Of a stretch of DNA of 48,658 bases, positions 29,301 to 38,286 are shown one piece after another. Made by a program: the position numbers and the translations under genes. The stretch is from assembly GCA_050633305.1 (NCBI GenBank), contig JBOEGF010000067.1:1-48658 (forward strand), in the 5' to 3' direction. A model generated the notes under the pieces. It was not told the origin of the DNA and did no database searches. It worked only from the letters and a program-made list of their open reading frames with translations. The DNA is from Nannocystales bacterium (lineage in GTDB: Bacteria; Myxococcota_A; Polyangia; Nannocystales; Nannocystaceae). The first letter of the stretch is position 1; each line of letters begins with the position of its first letter.

Positions 29301-30969
29301 CGGGGATGTCGAGGAAGCTGTCTCGTATGGCCCGTGGGGCGAGGCCCGCGCCTGGGAAGACTGGACGCTGGATGCCACCCCAGAGGAGTTGCAGAACTTG
29401 GCCTCTGGGTTCACGGGGCACCAGCCCGAGTTGGATATGGGGCTGATCAACATGCGGGGGCGGATGTACTCCCCAGTGCTGGCTCGGTTCTTGAGCGTGG
29501 ACCCGGTGATCGAGTCGGCTGCGGATGCGCAGACTTGGAATGCGTATAGTTATGTTTCGAACAACCCGCTGCGGTATGTGGATCCTTCGGGGCTCTGTCG
29601 AGAAGCGACAGACTGGAGCGAGCCGAAAGACAACGGGCACGGAACTATTAACCGCTGGAGGACCGATGGCAGTGACTGTGACAGGGGCAGCGTTCCTCAG
29701 GAGGTTCCCCCACAGGACACCGGACCGTCGGGAGGTTCGACGGGAACGGGCGATACTGGCGGCGGTGGTGGCAGGTCCGGGGCGGGCGGAAACTCGGAGA
29801 GCCCCAACGGCGCAGGCCAGGGCGGCCCGAGCTATGAGGAACTCCGCTATATCGATAATACCTGGCCCATAGTGGCGGTTCACGACGCCGTATGGCGGGT
29901 CGGGGAGGAGAACAGACGCCGGAGAGAGCCGGGAGCGTGGGATAGTGTGACGGCAAAGCTCGGAGGCTACGTCGATTGGATGGTTGGAGAGTCCACGGGG
30001 GGGGGCTTGTCCGTGGTGGGCAGCCCGTGGGTCCTGCTCGGACTACTCGGGTTCGCCGACAAGCAGTCTAGTACCTTCGAAACCGCCGAGACGGTTGGGG
30101 TGGGCATGTCGCTGGCTGTCGGGGCCGGGGAGTTCAGCTACGGAGCTTGGCGGTTCGGCGCCAACTACTTTGGACGACAGGCAATTCGTACCCTGCGACC
30201 TGCTTGTTTCGCCGGAGGTACGTTGGTTCACACGGAGGAAGGCCTAATACCTATCGAGGACGTCAAGGTCGGCGACCTCGTTTGGACCAGAGACGAGCAA
30301 ACTGGTCGGAGTTCGCTACGCCCCGTCAAGAGGGTGTTCGTCACCTCCGATCGGAAACTCCTCGAACTCACTCTCGAAGGCGACGGCGATATTAGAGAAC
30401 GGATTCGGACTACGGCGGAACATCCGTTCTGGACGAGGGGCGGTGGGTGGGTTGCAGCTGCGCAACTCGGTCTGGGTGACGAAGTCTTACAGCGCTCGGG
30501 CGGTTGGCTCCGAGTCGGGGCGGCGACCTGGGAGCAGGAACGTGCTGTTGTCTACAACTTAGAGGTGGATGAGTTCCACACGTACTTCGTCGGAAAGCAC
30601 GGGGCGTGGGTCCACAATGAATGCATCCAGATTGCGCTCGGCCTGGACATCCCCGGGGCGGGGATGAAGGCGCTTGCGCAGCAAACGGGTGCCTCTTGGT
30701 GGAGATTCTGGGAAAGTGCTGGCGTCACGCGGAGGGTTGTCCAGCGTAACTTCGGACGAGCCTTCCACCAAGCCGTGAAGCGGGCTGATCGAATTCACTT
30801 CTCGCTGGACGGAATCGCGAATCCCGCGGCGGCAGCGCGTGCAGGCGCAAGCGGGTTCACTATCGGGAATATGACCAACGCAGAGCTCCGCTACATCGCA
30901 AGCAACCCGGACATCTTGGCCAAGACTGTCTTCTACCGTGGTGGTAAGATCGTCCCGTCGCCGTTCTGA
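23323..30969 (+). CDS. TcB/SpvB-FG-GAP-RHS/YD-repeat polymorphic toxin with pretoxin HINT domain and C-terminal toxin
   Basis: ATG23323 with AGGAGG RBS; SpvB-like YAIPLDVAPG...PSLSLSYSS.GGNG; FG-GAP motifs (GDFEGD, DWNGDG); YD repeats; Rhs core end NPLRYVDPSG (DPSG at 29581); HINT from CFAGGT (30205) to VHN (30618). Confidence 0.93.
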   Translation: MTTRKLGRSAVAALCSLTLVSASCGGSGGGGAQDLEIEGGTELRTVVGDWLPELVQLRYDVPDFDDSAAVGALPARSWVDDGGGAHYAIPLDVAPGPAGYAPSLSLSYSSQGGNGTFGVGFSVAGTAMVTRCQRNLAKDAYYEALTLGVEDPICYGGERLVLWQGTYGAPGSTYRLESDPSKRFSYKGHLDEPQEGVQWWMTTAGGEVYTFRGMGGALDRWPLVERSDEAGNRISYAWSVLPDNEVVLSEIRYGGTGTPDSTRKVIFNYQDEDRSDAREGYVRGDLYRRTQLANEVRVEAPHGELLTRYELEYELHPHSLQSILKSVTKFDAQGVALPATEFDWTVADAPPLAEGAIGAVDSDVVHPSFTPSKLRRSQRLLVGDFEGDQNDEVLAYHPDDEDEHDASFKLHGVVSGHAVDVFFPTSTMPEAWEPPTPPYPYLCGNGVLDPGESCDGQTLSPSCLDLNSSGTAMCSDSCQFDYSLCASCESSSAAHCEPPAPPVFEPITLTNLHRVRPPLGLMNINYAHNDRRSNLLMPHANGEGVDEWGIPWADRLAVFEMYNDPSDAWQQGTSVIFSALGGNPTAAPVYSVVPLEFNGDGRDDLFLCQGYGYKTSRWHLALSKDVVESGELGWDFYDTGVGCSTHDETTILPHPRGTEVLAVIQRFPTSLQDYPVGFDDPEDYWASVLPIAEEDRGGYRVLDFDPATGVGALSEEVLPRDLYQRWSDLNCNNGYIAAGLGEPSLGVGAPLLGAGLSRDLQIDLHGDGHRDVVRFEVEGGDDFSNFAAIHFENYDTGAGFTYEPSCVDGYQEGILRVYRNTGEGYVAAEEPAFVFPGLAHENLFLNWYGAQTVDWNGDGLTDILLPSDGVPDDPDAPTQDEDWTVLLSNGDGEFTPLDVQNGVAWPHYIEGAGTAANADTFENTRVLSLRSGSRVKQLFVRSGQPTQDWSSAQRGKGALLERATDGQGLEHSFSMVRTGSGYVVRSRAVNTPGTGVPYDLPSNTRTWSYEYSDPVRDRYGMRDIGFAWVRETFLGERNGFPWSRSTQLRTYDRTYDAGLRDYPRSRQPTRVETAWVSDDGDPEEEWHIQCSRVDEWKVEVQALPGGDIWQAYPAYTESFSAALPASEYNRLSPGHESGPGPDGQCDDISEWSYLTHSTAEVERDDFGNVEFSRTAVLRGVSEETATETVYSDFDYDVGNWIVAAPQSVVTTSYVGPTDQKTREVAIEYQPASNMVASVTREPATPEEQTTTFGYESHGNVNLTVVSTPTQGSRSMSMVWDAEGVVPISQTNDLGQVTNLVFHSGTGLPVATVDANGLTQKATYDGFFRPTGSSFHSSPLGPSDGADASVEYQASLVDGAVLDVVAGAQGQETRTSYDRAGRVVRELWHGVASVAADVEFPVSPALEGPEVCRWYEYSFHGQVLRTSEATASCGSPPTSTEAWSRNEFDNGGRLLSTHWYDDEAGLEVESSVEHLDIQWVGDISGEVPTPQGAAVVMRDPENHPTTRVVDALGRVSASVDALGVMTCFDYGPFGEVDAVHRNCGVNPQGPVEVSTYGYDSLSRLVTSTEPANGTQILSYTEFDELDIALDPKGQILDHDYDSLGRMTFQHSTVDGTSSWTYDDGLVGALVEQESADGVRQTFEYDEFGRPEKTRHYMPSLESPGMWEVDSSTAWLFSYNYDGLGRLSDIVYPTTNAKVGNDLPGEVSPVQKTFAATFQYDGSNNLRSIAGAGRILWALDDANEAGLPLIERFNDGITGSASQSKSTRYQPLTNRVLEIGVEAANAPVQNFVYEWTPSGDLHRREEGTTGQSETFGYDALHRLTGQDGGTAATYDALGNITSRPGVGNYEYDADTGHLSWYGWSGNTVPHDANGNVEQLGNVGITWSALDKVRTLSSGGQTSSFVYDATGARSLRHGEDGYTMTIGGLFELSDQPGAKLNSRDTKARYFVPVGGSVVEVRDQLLSSPDTPGKWKREVFYQYNDHLGSGSLLVNEDGDVEEAVSYGPWGEARAWEDWTLDATPEELQNLASGFTGHQPELDMGLINMRGRMYSPVLARFLSVDPVIESAADAQTWNAYSYVSNNPLRYVDPSGLCREATDWSEPKDNGHGTINRWRTDGSDCDRGSVPQEVPPQDTGPSGGSTGTGDTGGGGGRSGAGGNSESPNGAGQGGPSYEELRYIDNTWPIVAVHDAVWRVGEENRRRREPGAWDSVTAKLGGYVDWMVGESTGGGLSVVGSPWVLLGLLGFADKQSSTFETAETVGVGMSLAVGAGEFSYGAWRFGANYFGRQAIRTLRPACFAGGTLVHTEEGLIPIEDVKVGDLVWTRDEQTGRSSLRPVKRVFVTSDRKLLELTLEGDGDIRERIRTTAEHPFWTRGGGWVAAAQLGLGDEVLQRSGGWLRVGAATWEQERAVVYNLEVDEFHTYFVGKHGAWVHNECIQIALGLDIPGAGMKALAQQTGASWWRFWESAGVTRRVVQRNFGRAFHQAVKRADRIHFSLDGIANPAAAARAGASGFTIGNMTNAELRYIASNPDILAKTVFYRGGKIVPSPF

Positions 30970-30978
30970 GGGCACCAG

Positions 30979-31308
30979 ATGAGACCCACATACTCCGAAA
31001 AGAAGCTTAAGTCTGCCCGAACATTTTTCTCTCGATGGAAAGGCGCCACCGGACAGATGTGGGGGATGACGCCCTCACATCGGTCTTTGAGGATCGTTCT
31101 CGGGCGTGGCGAGCCTCACGTGCGGAACCTTGTCGTGGATTGCGCCCCCGTTCAGATCTGCGGGCCGGTGGAGTGGGCAGATGCAGAACTCAAGGTCGCA
31201 GCGATGGTGCTTCCAGACGGGACCGACGGATTTCGAGTCACCGACAGCGGGTGTGGCCTGGAGGTCCACTGTTTTGCACTTGAGGTGGCGGAGAACGTCA
31301 AGCTGTGA
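30979..31308 (+). CDS. Putative immunity protein for the Rhs C-terminal toxin
   Basis: 109-aa ORF 9 nt after the toxin stop with GAGG upstream; assigned by position only. Confidence 0.65.
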   Translation: MRPTYSEKKLKSARTFFSRWKGATGQMWGMTPSHRSLRIVLGRGEPHVRNLVVDCAPVQICGPVEWADAELKVAAMVLPDGTDGFRVTDSGCGLEVHCFALEVAENVKL

Positions 31309-31533
31309 CAGAGGCGTCCCGGCGTTCTCCGAGTGTTCTGGGTCCGTAGCGTCGAGAAACGGTTAGCTTTCCTCACCGCGGGCGAGCGGGGTTTGACAGT
31401 GAGCCCTTCCCTACGACGACCAACTCGGTCGGGTATCGCCCTCGCGGTGGTCCGTGTCACGACGTGGTTCGTCGAACGGATACCTTCGTCCTACCCGTAC
31501 CACTGAACCGCCCCGGAAATTCCGGAGAGCTGT

Positions 31534-32759
<1,226 letters not shown>

Positions 32760-32829
32760 GTCTTTGAGTTTCTCTCTTTCTTGAGTCTCCGAGAAACCCG
32801 GGGCGGTTCACACTGCTACCTCCTACGAC

Positions 32830-32883
32830 GTAAGTCCTCGCCGTGCCGGGCTGAGGGTAAGTCCTCGCCGTGCCGGGCAGAGG
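32830..32883. repeat. 27-bp tandem duplication
   Basis: GTAAGTCCTCGCCGTGCCGGGC(T/A)GAGG twice, one mismatch. Confidence 0.9.
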
Positions 32884-32949
32884 CACCGACTCCTCGCGTA
32901 GCGGCGGCGTGAGCCGCTGCTACAGGGTGAGTTCGTTGGGCAACATCGC

Positions 32950-33897
32950 CTACGGCTGCAACCGAGCCCGGCGAAAGACACCCGGTGGGCTGCCGTGCCA
33001 ACGCTTGAATGCGGTCGCGAAGGCCGGCTCGCTGCCATAGCCAACGCGTTCCGCAATCGTCGCGACGTTGAGCTGACTGCTCGTGAGCAGCTCGACGGCG
33101 TGGTCCATTCGCACGCCCGTCAGGTAGCGCAGCGGCGTCACGCCGATGAGGTGTTGGAACTTGGCCGAGAATGAAGACCTCGACATCCCTGCGAAGCGGG
33201 CGAGGCTGTGGACGGTCCAATCGCGTTCGAGTTCGTTGTGGATCACGCCGAGGACGGCACCGATCTGCGGGCTACGAGCCGCTTCGAACCAGCCTTCGAG
33301 TTGCTCCTGCTCCGCGTAGGCGCGCACGATCAGCAAGAACAGGACCTCGGTGATGCGGCCGATGACTTGGCGCGAGCCTGGGCCTGGCTGCTCGGCTTCC
33401 TCGGTGAGGCACTCGAGCTGGCGAACCATTGCGGGCATCGTCCGCGTGTTCCCGGTACAGAGGACAAAGCGCTCAGGCAGCGCATCGAGGACAACCCTGC
33501 GGCTCGGACCGGCAAGGGCGACTCCCGCACCAAGCACTTGTGCGCGCTCACCCTGGCCCCCGACCTCGAACACCACCGCGCCTGGACTGGAGCCGATCGC
33601 CACGGCCTCGTCGAGCGCGATCGGTGTCGCATTCGAGTCGTCGTGGACGATGCGAGGGACGCCGCACCGCATGAACAACACGTCACCACGCTCGAGCCAG
33701 AGCCGTTCAGCCTCTCCCTCGAACTCGACCGCACAGCGGCCCTCGGCCACGTAGTGGATCGCGGGCACGCCTTCGCCCGTGATCGCGACCGACCACGGTG
33801 AGCGGAATCTTCCAAAGCAATGAAACGAGCAGCGCACACGCAGGCTCGCCAGCACGACCCCGAGTGCTGCGGATGTGGCGCCGTCTTTGTCTGTCAC
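32950..33897 (-). CDS. AraC family transcriptional regulator with N-terminal cupin (RclR-like)
   Basis: IHYVAEGRC cupin; WTVHSLARFAGMSRSSF and VGYGSEPAFATAFKR double HTH. Start at GTG33897 or ATG33960. Confidence 0.9.
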   Translation of the reverse strand: MTDKDGATSAALGVVLASLRVRCSFHCFGRFRSPWSVAITGEGVPAIHYVAEGRCAVEFEGEAERLWLERGDVLFMRCGVPRIVHDDSNATPIALDEAVAIGSSPGAVVFEVGGQGERAQVLGAGVALAGPSRRVVLDALPERFVLCTGNTRTMPAMVRQLECLTEEAEQPGPGSRQVIGRITEVLFLLIVRAYAEQEQLEGWFEAARSPQIGAVLGVIHNELERDWTVHSLARFAGMSRSSFSAKFQHLIGVTPLRYLTGVRMDHAVELLTSSQLNVATIAERVGYGSEPAFATAFKRWHGSPPGVFRRARLQP

Positions 33898-33899
33898 GG

Positions 33900-33935
33900 T
33901 GGACTTTCGCGAAAGTATTGTGGACTGACTATTAT
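33900..33935 (+). promoter_or_regulatory. Candidate AraC operator and -10 box for the divergent hydrolase
   Basis: TGGACT at 33900 and 33921 (21-bp period) followed by TATTAT at 33930-33935. Confidence 0.5.
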
Positions 33936-33971
33936 TGTTCGTCCACCGGAGCGCCACCATGGTGAGCGCGG

Positions 33972-35648
33972 ATGGCACGATCTCATCACGACCTGCGAGG
34001 TTCCGTCTCCCTCGCGCTGTTCGTCGTCCTCGGCTGCGGCCAAGAGCCAAACGGATCCAACGACACGGAGCCCGGTCCTCAGTCGACCGATGCCGGAGTC
34101 GGGAGCGAGGCGGGTACCGGGAGCGAGGCGGGCACGGGGGGCGACACCGACACCGACACCGACGCAGGTGAAGACGCGTACGACTTCTTCGATGCCCACG
34201 CCGCCTACGCGGACCTCCATGGCATCTCACTGCTCGCCACCGGCACCCGCAACTCGCCGGGACAAGGTCCGAGCGCCGAGGAGCCCTTGCTCGACTTCAC
34301 CAGCTTCGAGGCGACGCTCGCCTATGACGTCGACGCCGACGCGCTGCGGGTCGATTGGGCCCGCACTGTCCGCGAGCCGATCATGGGCGCGTACGACTTC
34401 TCGGAGATCGTCGCGGGCACGCAGGGCTACATCGAGGGGGTCGACAACCTCGCGTTCTTGCCGCCCCGCCCGATGACCCCGCAGCGCGCCGCGGCGGTAC
34501 GCAAGCAGCAGCGTCTGCTCCATCCTGCGGTCCTTCTTCGTCGGGCGGTCAGGGATCCGAGCACGGTGACGATTCTTCCCGACGAAGACCTCGACGGAGC
34601 CCCTGTCCACGTGGTGGAAGTCGCTGACGACACGGAGCCCGTGCGTCTGTTCGTCGACGCTGACTCCCGGTTGCTGGTGCGTGCGGAGACATTCGAGAGC
34701 GACCCGCTGCTCGGAGACATCGGGATCTCCGCGAGCTACACCGAGTGGGTCGAGTTCGGCGATGTTGAGGTCCCAGGCCGTGTCGAGCTCTCCATGGACG
34801 AGCACCCAATCCACACCCAAACCCACGCGGAAATCGAAGTCGATCCGCCGTTCGCGGCCGACACCTTCGCGCTCACGGAGCCCGGTCCCGAAGACTCGGA
34901 CGCCTATCGCAGCGGCGATACGCGCTCCCAGTGGCACATCCGCTTCGGTCACCTCGGCATCCCCATCGACGGCCCCACCGCAGTCCTCTCCGACTTCGAG
35001 CTCGCGCCCGGCGTCGTTTACCTGACGGGCGCGACCCACCACTCGTTGGCGGTCGAGCTCCCCCGGGGAGTTCTGCTCGTCGACCCTGTGATCGATTCGA
35101 GTTTTGCCACCTCGTTGGCCGAGCGGATCGAGTTCTACTTTCCGGGCAAGCCCGTGACCCAAGTGCTGTGCACGCACCACCACTCCGACCACATCGGAGG
35201 CGTCCGGACGTTTGCGGCACTCGGCGCCGAGCTGCTGATCTCCGAAGAGCATCTCCCGTTCCTCGAAGAGGTTGTCGCCCGGCCCCACGCGCTGGCCCCC
35301 GATGCGCTCGAAGGCTCGCCGCAAGAGGTCGTCTTGACCCCCATCCCCGCGCAGGGCATCAGCATCACGGGCGCCACGGTCACCGTCGAGCTCCTCACGA
35401 TCCCCAACTCGCACAGCGACGGGATGCTTGGGGTCTACCTCCCCGAGCTGCAGCTCTTGTTCCAGACCGACCTCTACAGCCCGCTGCTCTTCCCTGCGGG
35501 GGTCCTGTTGCCCGAGCCCCAGCTGACCTGGTCGACGGAGCTGCACGCGGCACTGCTCGAGCAGGGCGTCGAGGTTCAGCAGCTTGTGGGCGGGCACGGC
35601 CTCGGGGTGGGAACCTATGCGGGCTTGCTGGAGAGCATCGGGCAGTGA
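33972..35648 (+). CDS. MBL-fold metallo-hydrolase lipoprotein
   Basis: Lipobox VLGC; THHHSDHIGG, downstream HSDG, TDLY and GGHG motifs; N-terminal beta-rich domain. Confidence 0.85.
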   Translation: MARSHHDLRGSVSLALFVVLGCGQEPNGSNDTEPGPQSTDAGVGSEAGTGSEAGTGGDTDTDTDAGEDAYDFFDAHAAYADLHGISLLATGTRNSPGQGPSAEEPLLDFTSFEATLAYDVDADALRVDWARTVREPIMGAYDFSEIVAGTQGYIEGVDNLAFLPPRPMTPQRAAAVRKQQRLLHPAVLLRRAVRDPSTVTILPDEDLDGAPVHVVEVADDTEPVRLFVDADSRLLVRAETFESDPLLGDIGISASYTEWVEFGDVEVPGRVELSMDEHPIHTQTHAEIEVDPPFAADTFALTEPGPEDSDAYRSGDTRSQWHIRFGHLGIPIDGPTAVLSDFELAPGVVYLTGATHHSLAVELPRGVLLVDPVIDSSFATSLAERIEFYFPGKPVTQVLCTHHHSDHIGGVRTFAALGAELLISEEHLPFLEEVVARPHALAPDALEGSPQEVVLTPIPAQGISITGATVTVELLTIPNSHSDGMLGVYLPELQLLFQTDLYSPLLFPAGVLLPEPQLTWSTELHAALLEQGVEVQQLVGGHGLGVGTYAGLLESIGQ

Positions 35649-35716
35649 GCTGCGGTCGCTTGCAGAACGCTTCTCGATTGCGCCGACAAAACCGGTCGTG
35701 TCGCCGAACGCCGGGC

Positions 35717-38245
35717 TCACGCAGGAGGGGGAACCGACTGTGCCGGCGTGTCGGAGAACCAGGCGTCCACCATCCCGACGTCCTGCGGTGGCTTCCCCTC
35801 GAAGAACGCAAGAGCGTCCTCGAGCTCTTGCGGGTCGGCAGGCAGCGTGTCCGAGATCCAGGCGTTGGTCTTGATCAACGCATAGTCCACCACCGCGAGC
35901 GCGGCGTCGCCAAGCGTCTTTCGGTTGGTGTCGGCGGTTTCTCGGGTGCGCTCGGCCAAGCGACGCGCGGAGACCTCGTTGCGGGTACGGACCGCGACTT
36001 CGAGGGCGCCCAGCAGGGGTCGCATGAGCTTGATGTGTCGCTCGCCGTACGCGACGGTGAGACCCTCGAGCGCTTCGTCGTAGAGTTCGAGTGCCTCGTC
36101 GAGACGTCCCCGCTGTGAGTACCCGAACGCGAGGTTTCCAGCCATCTGGGCGAGCGAGGGGTGGCCCGGCGGCAACTCTTCGCGGGCCGTCTCGTAGGCT
36201 CGGAACTGATACTCAGAGGCGCGGGCTTCGTTCTCTTCCTTGCAGGCGGCAGGGTCCTCTGCGTCCACGCACGGAACCCGCCCGTAGTAGATCGCGAGGT
36301 TGGCCGTGACGACGTAGTAGTCGGGGAGGGCGGCGTGGGCACGCTCCAGGGCCTTGCGCGCGCGCTCGAAGTCACCAAGCTCCATGGCGTAGGTTCCGAG
36401 GTCGTTGAGGGCTCGGGCGAGGTCGACGGGGCTCCCTCCCTGCAGCGACTCGCCGAGCGTGATGGCACGGTCCAAGGTGCGAATCGCTGAGCGCTTGTGC
36501 CCCTGAAACCACTCCATGTTTCCGCGGGTGAGCGTGAGCAGCATGGCGACGTCGGTGCGTTCGAGGCCGTGCGTTTCGAGCAGCGCCATGCCCTGGTCGA
36601 GGGCGTCTTCAGCCTCGTCGTATCGCGCGAGGCGATCGAGAAGGTGAGCGCGGTCCTGAAGCAGACTGGCGCGCCGCATCGGTGGCATCTGCGGTCGGTC
36701 GAGCGCGAGTGCGGCATCGATTTCGGTCAACGCCGCCTCCCGATCTCCGCGCGCCCGAAGCACGTCGGACGCGACACGACGGGCTTCGACGTGGTCGTTT
36801 GGGTCGACCCCGGCGCGCTCGAGCCGTGCGCGGGCGATCCGCAGCCAGTCTTCCGCGGTGTCGGACTGAGCGGCTACGGGTCGGGTGCGCGCGAGTTCGA
36901 GTGCGATGTCGGCTTGTAGTCGGTCAGGGGTCTGGGACGCGTCGTGCTCGAGCGCGGTCAATACCCGGGCGGCCTCGGTCCGCTCTCCGGCAGTGTCGAG
37001 CATCTTGGACCAGCGCAGCCCGAGCTGAGCGCGAGCCGAGCTCCGGAGTGCCTCGTTCTGCGCCCCCGTCTGCAGCAGTGCGCAGGCCCCCCGCAGATCG
37101 CCCTGTTTGCGGGCCTGCTCGGCACTGGCGATCGTCTTCGCCACCTCGAGTGACGGATCGAGGCCGACAAACCGCGATTCGACGGCCGCCACCAGGACAT
37201 CGATCGGCTCGCGTGAAGCCGCCGCTGCGGTCGTGGCAAGAGCCGCCGCCAGACCCAGGCCGACCAGAGGCAGGACCCACCGGCGCTTCGTGGTGCCCTG
37301 CATGGCGTTGTGAAGCGCGGCCAACGAGGACCAGCGCGCCTCGGGTCGAGGCAGCAGTGCTCGCTTCAACGCGCGACGCACCGCAGCGGCAAGCCGGTCT
37401 CCACCGTGCGGAGGGAGCTGCCCCGTGAGCGCCTCCCACACGCTTGTTGCGAATGCGTACTGGTCCGAGGCAAACGAGACGGAATCGCCTCCGCGTTGCT
37501 CGGGCGGCATGTAGCAAGGCGTCCCGCCAGGCGCTTTGCCGGCGTTGCCTGCGGAGTCGGCGAGCAGCGCGAGGCCGAAGTCCGCAACGAGTACACGGCC
37601 ATCGTGCGCGACCAGTACGTTGTCGGGTTTGACATCGCAATGCACCAGCCCGGCGGCGTGCACCGCGGCCAGCCCTCGAGACACGGTGCGATAGGCCTCG
37701 AGGACTTGGGCTGCGGAACGGCCGTGTTGCCATGTGCGCAGCGTCTGCCCCTCGACGTACTCCATCACCAGGTACTCGCGCTCACCCCGTGCGAGCACAT
37801 CGAAAACCTCGACCACGGCCGGATGCGAAATCGACGCGAGGGCCTGAGCCTCCCGGCGGATCCCCCCAGACTTCGTGTCGGCTCGGCGGAGCGCCTTGAT
37901 CGCCACACGGCGGCCGAGCCGGGTGTCGCGTGCCTCAAAGACCAACCCCAGACCACCCCCGCCGATCACGCTGTGTAGGCGGTAGGGACCCAGTTGGGCG
38001 TTGAGGAGCTCGCGCATGATGGCCAAGTCCTCACCGAGAAGCTCGGAGACCGAGACTTCCACGCGCGAGTGCGTGGCGGTCGCGCACACGCGCCCCGCGG
38101 CGGCCATGAGCTCCGCACACTCGTCACACCCGTCGATGTGCCGCTCGACCCCGTGGCGTCGGGCTGTGTCGAGCCGGTCTGAGCACCACGCGGCGAGAAC
38201 CGAGGGGTCGACGCAAGCATCCGAAGGGAAGGGGTGTTGGCTCAT
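35717..38245 (-). CDS. Ser/Thr protein kinase with N-terminal zinc-binding anti-sigma-like motif, TM helix and TPR region
   Basis: HIDGCDEC (HxxxCxxC); GGGGLG, VAIK, HCDVKPDN, DFG, GTPCYMPPEQ; hydrophobic WVLPLVGLGLAAAL; TPR-like helices. Confidence 0.92.
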   Translation of the reverse strand: MSQHPFPSDACVDPSVLAAWCSDRLDTARRHGVERHIDGCDECAELMAAAGRVCATATHSRVEVSVSELLGEDLAIMRELLNAQLGPYRLHSVIGGGGLGLVFEARDTRLGRRVAIKALRRADTKSGGIRREAQALASISHPAVVEVFDVLARGEREYLVMEYVEGQTLRTWQHGRSAAQVLEAYRTVSRGLAAVHAAGLVHCDVKPDNVLVAHDGRVLVADFGLALLADSAGNAGKAPGGTPCYMPPEQRGGDSVSFASDQYAFATSVWEALTGQLPPHGGDRLAAAVRRALKRALLPRPEARWSSLAALHNAMQGTTKRRWVLPLVGLGLAAALATTAAAASREPIDVLVAAVESRFVGLDPSLEVAKTIASAEQARKQGDLRGACALLQTGAQNEALRSSARAQLGLRWSKMLDTAGERTEAARVLTALEHDASQTPDRLQADIALELARTRPVAAQSDTAEDWLRIARARLERAGVDPNDHVEARRVASDVLRARGDREAALTEIDAALALDRPQMPPMRRASLLQDRAHLLDRLARYDEAEDALDQGMALLETHGLERTDVAMLLTLTRGNMEWFQGHKRSAIRTLDRAITLGESLQGGSPVDLARALNDLGTYAMELGDFERARKALERAHAALPDYYVVTANLAIYYGRVPCVDAEDPAACKEENEARASEYQFRAYETAREELPPGHPSLAQMAGNLAFGYSQRGRLDEALELYDEALEGLTVAYGERHIKLMRPLLGALEVAVRTRNEVSARRLAERTRETADTNRKTLGDAALAVVDYALIKTNAWISDTLPADPQELEDALAFFEGKPPQDVGMVDAWFSDTPAQSVPPPA

Positions 38246-38286
38246 GGTTGATCTCCAAGGGGAGGAAGCGCGCCTATACTGCGCGG

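Noticed and set aside
30205..30618. Classical self-splicing intein
   Set aside because: Short, no homing endonuclease, +1 residue is Glu; fits a pretoxin HINT autoprotease.
32830..32883. Possible mini-CRISPR
   Set aside because: Two directly adjacent copies with no spacer, and no cas genes in the window.
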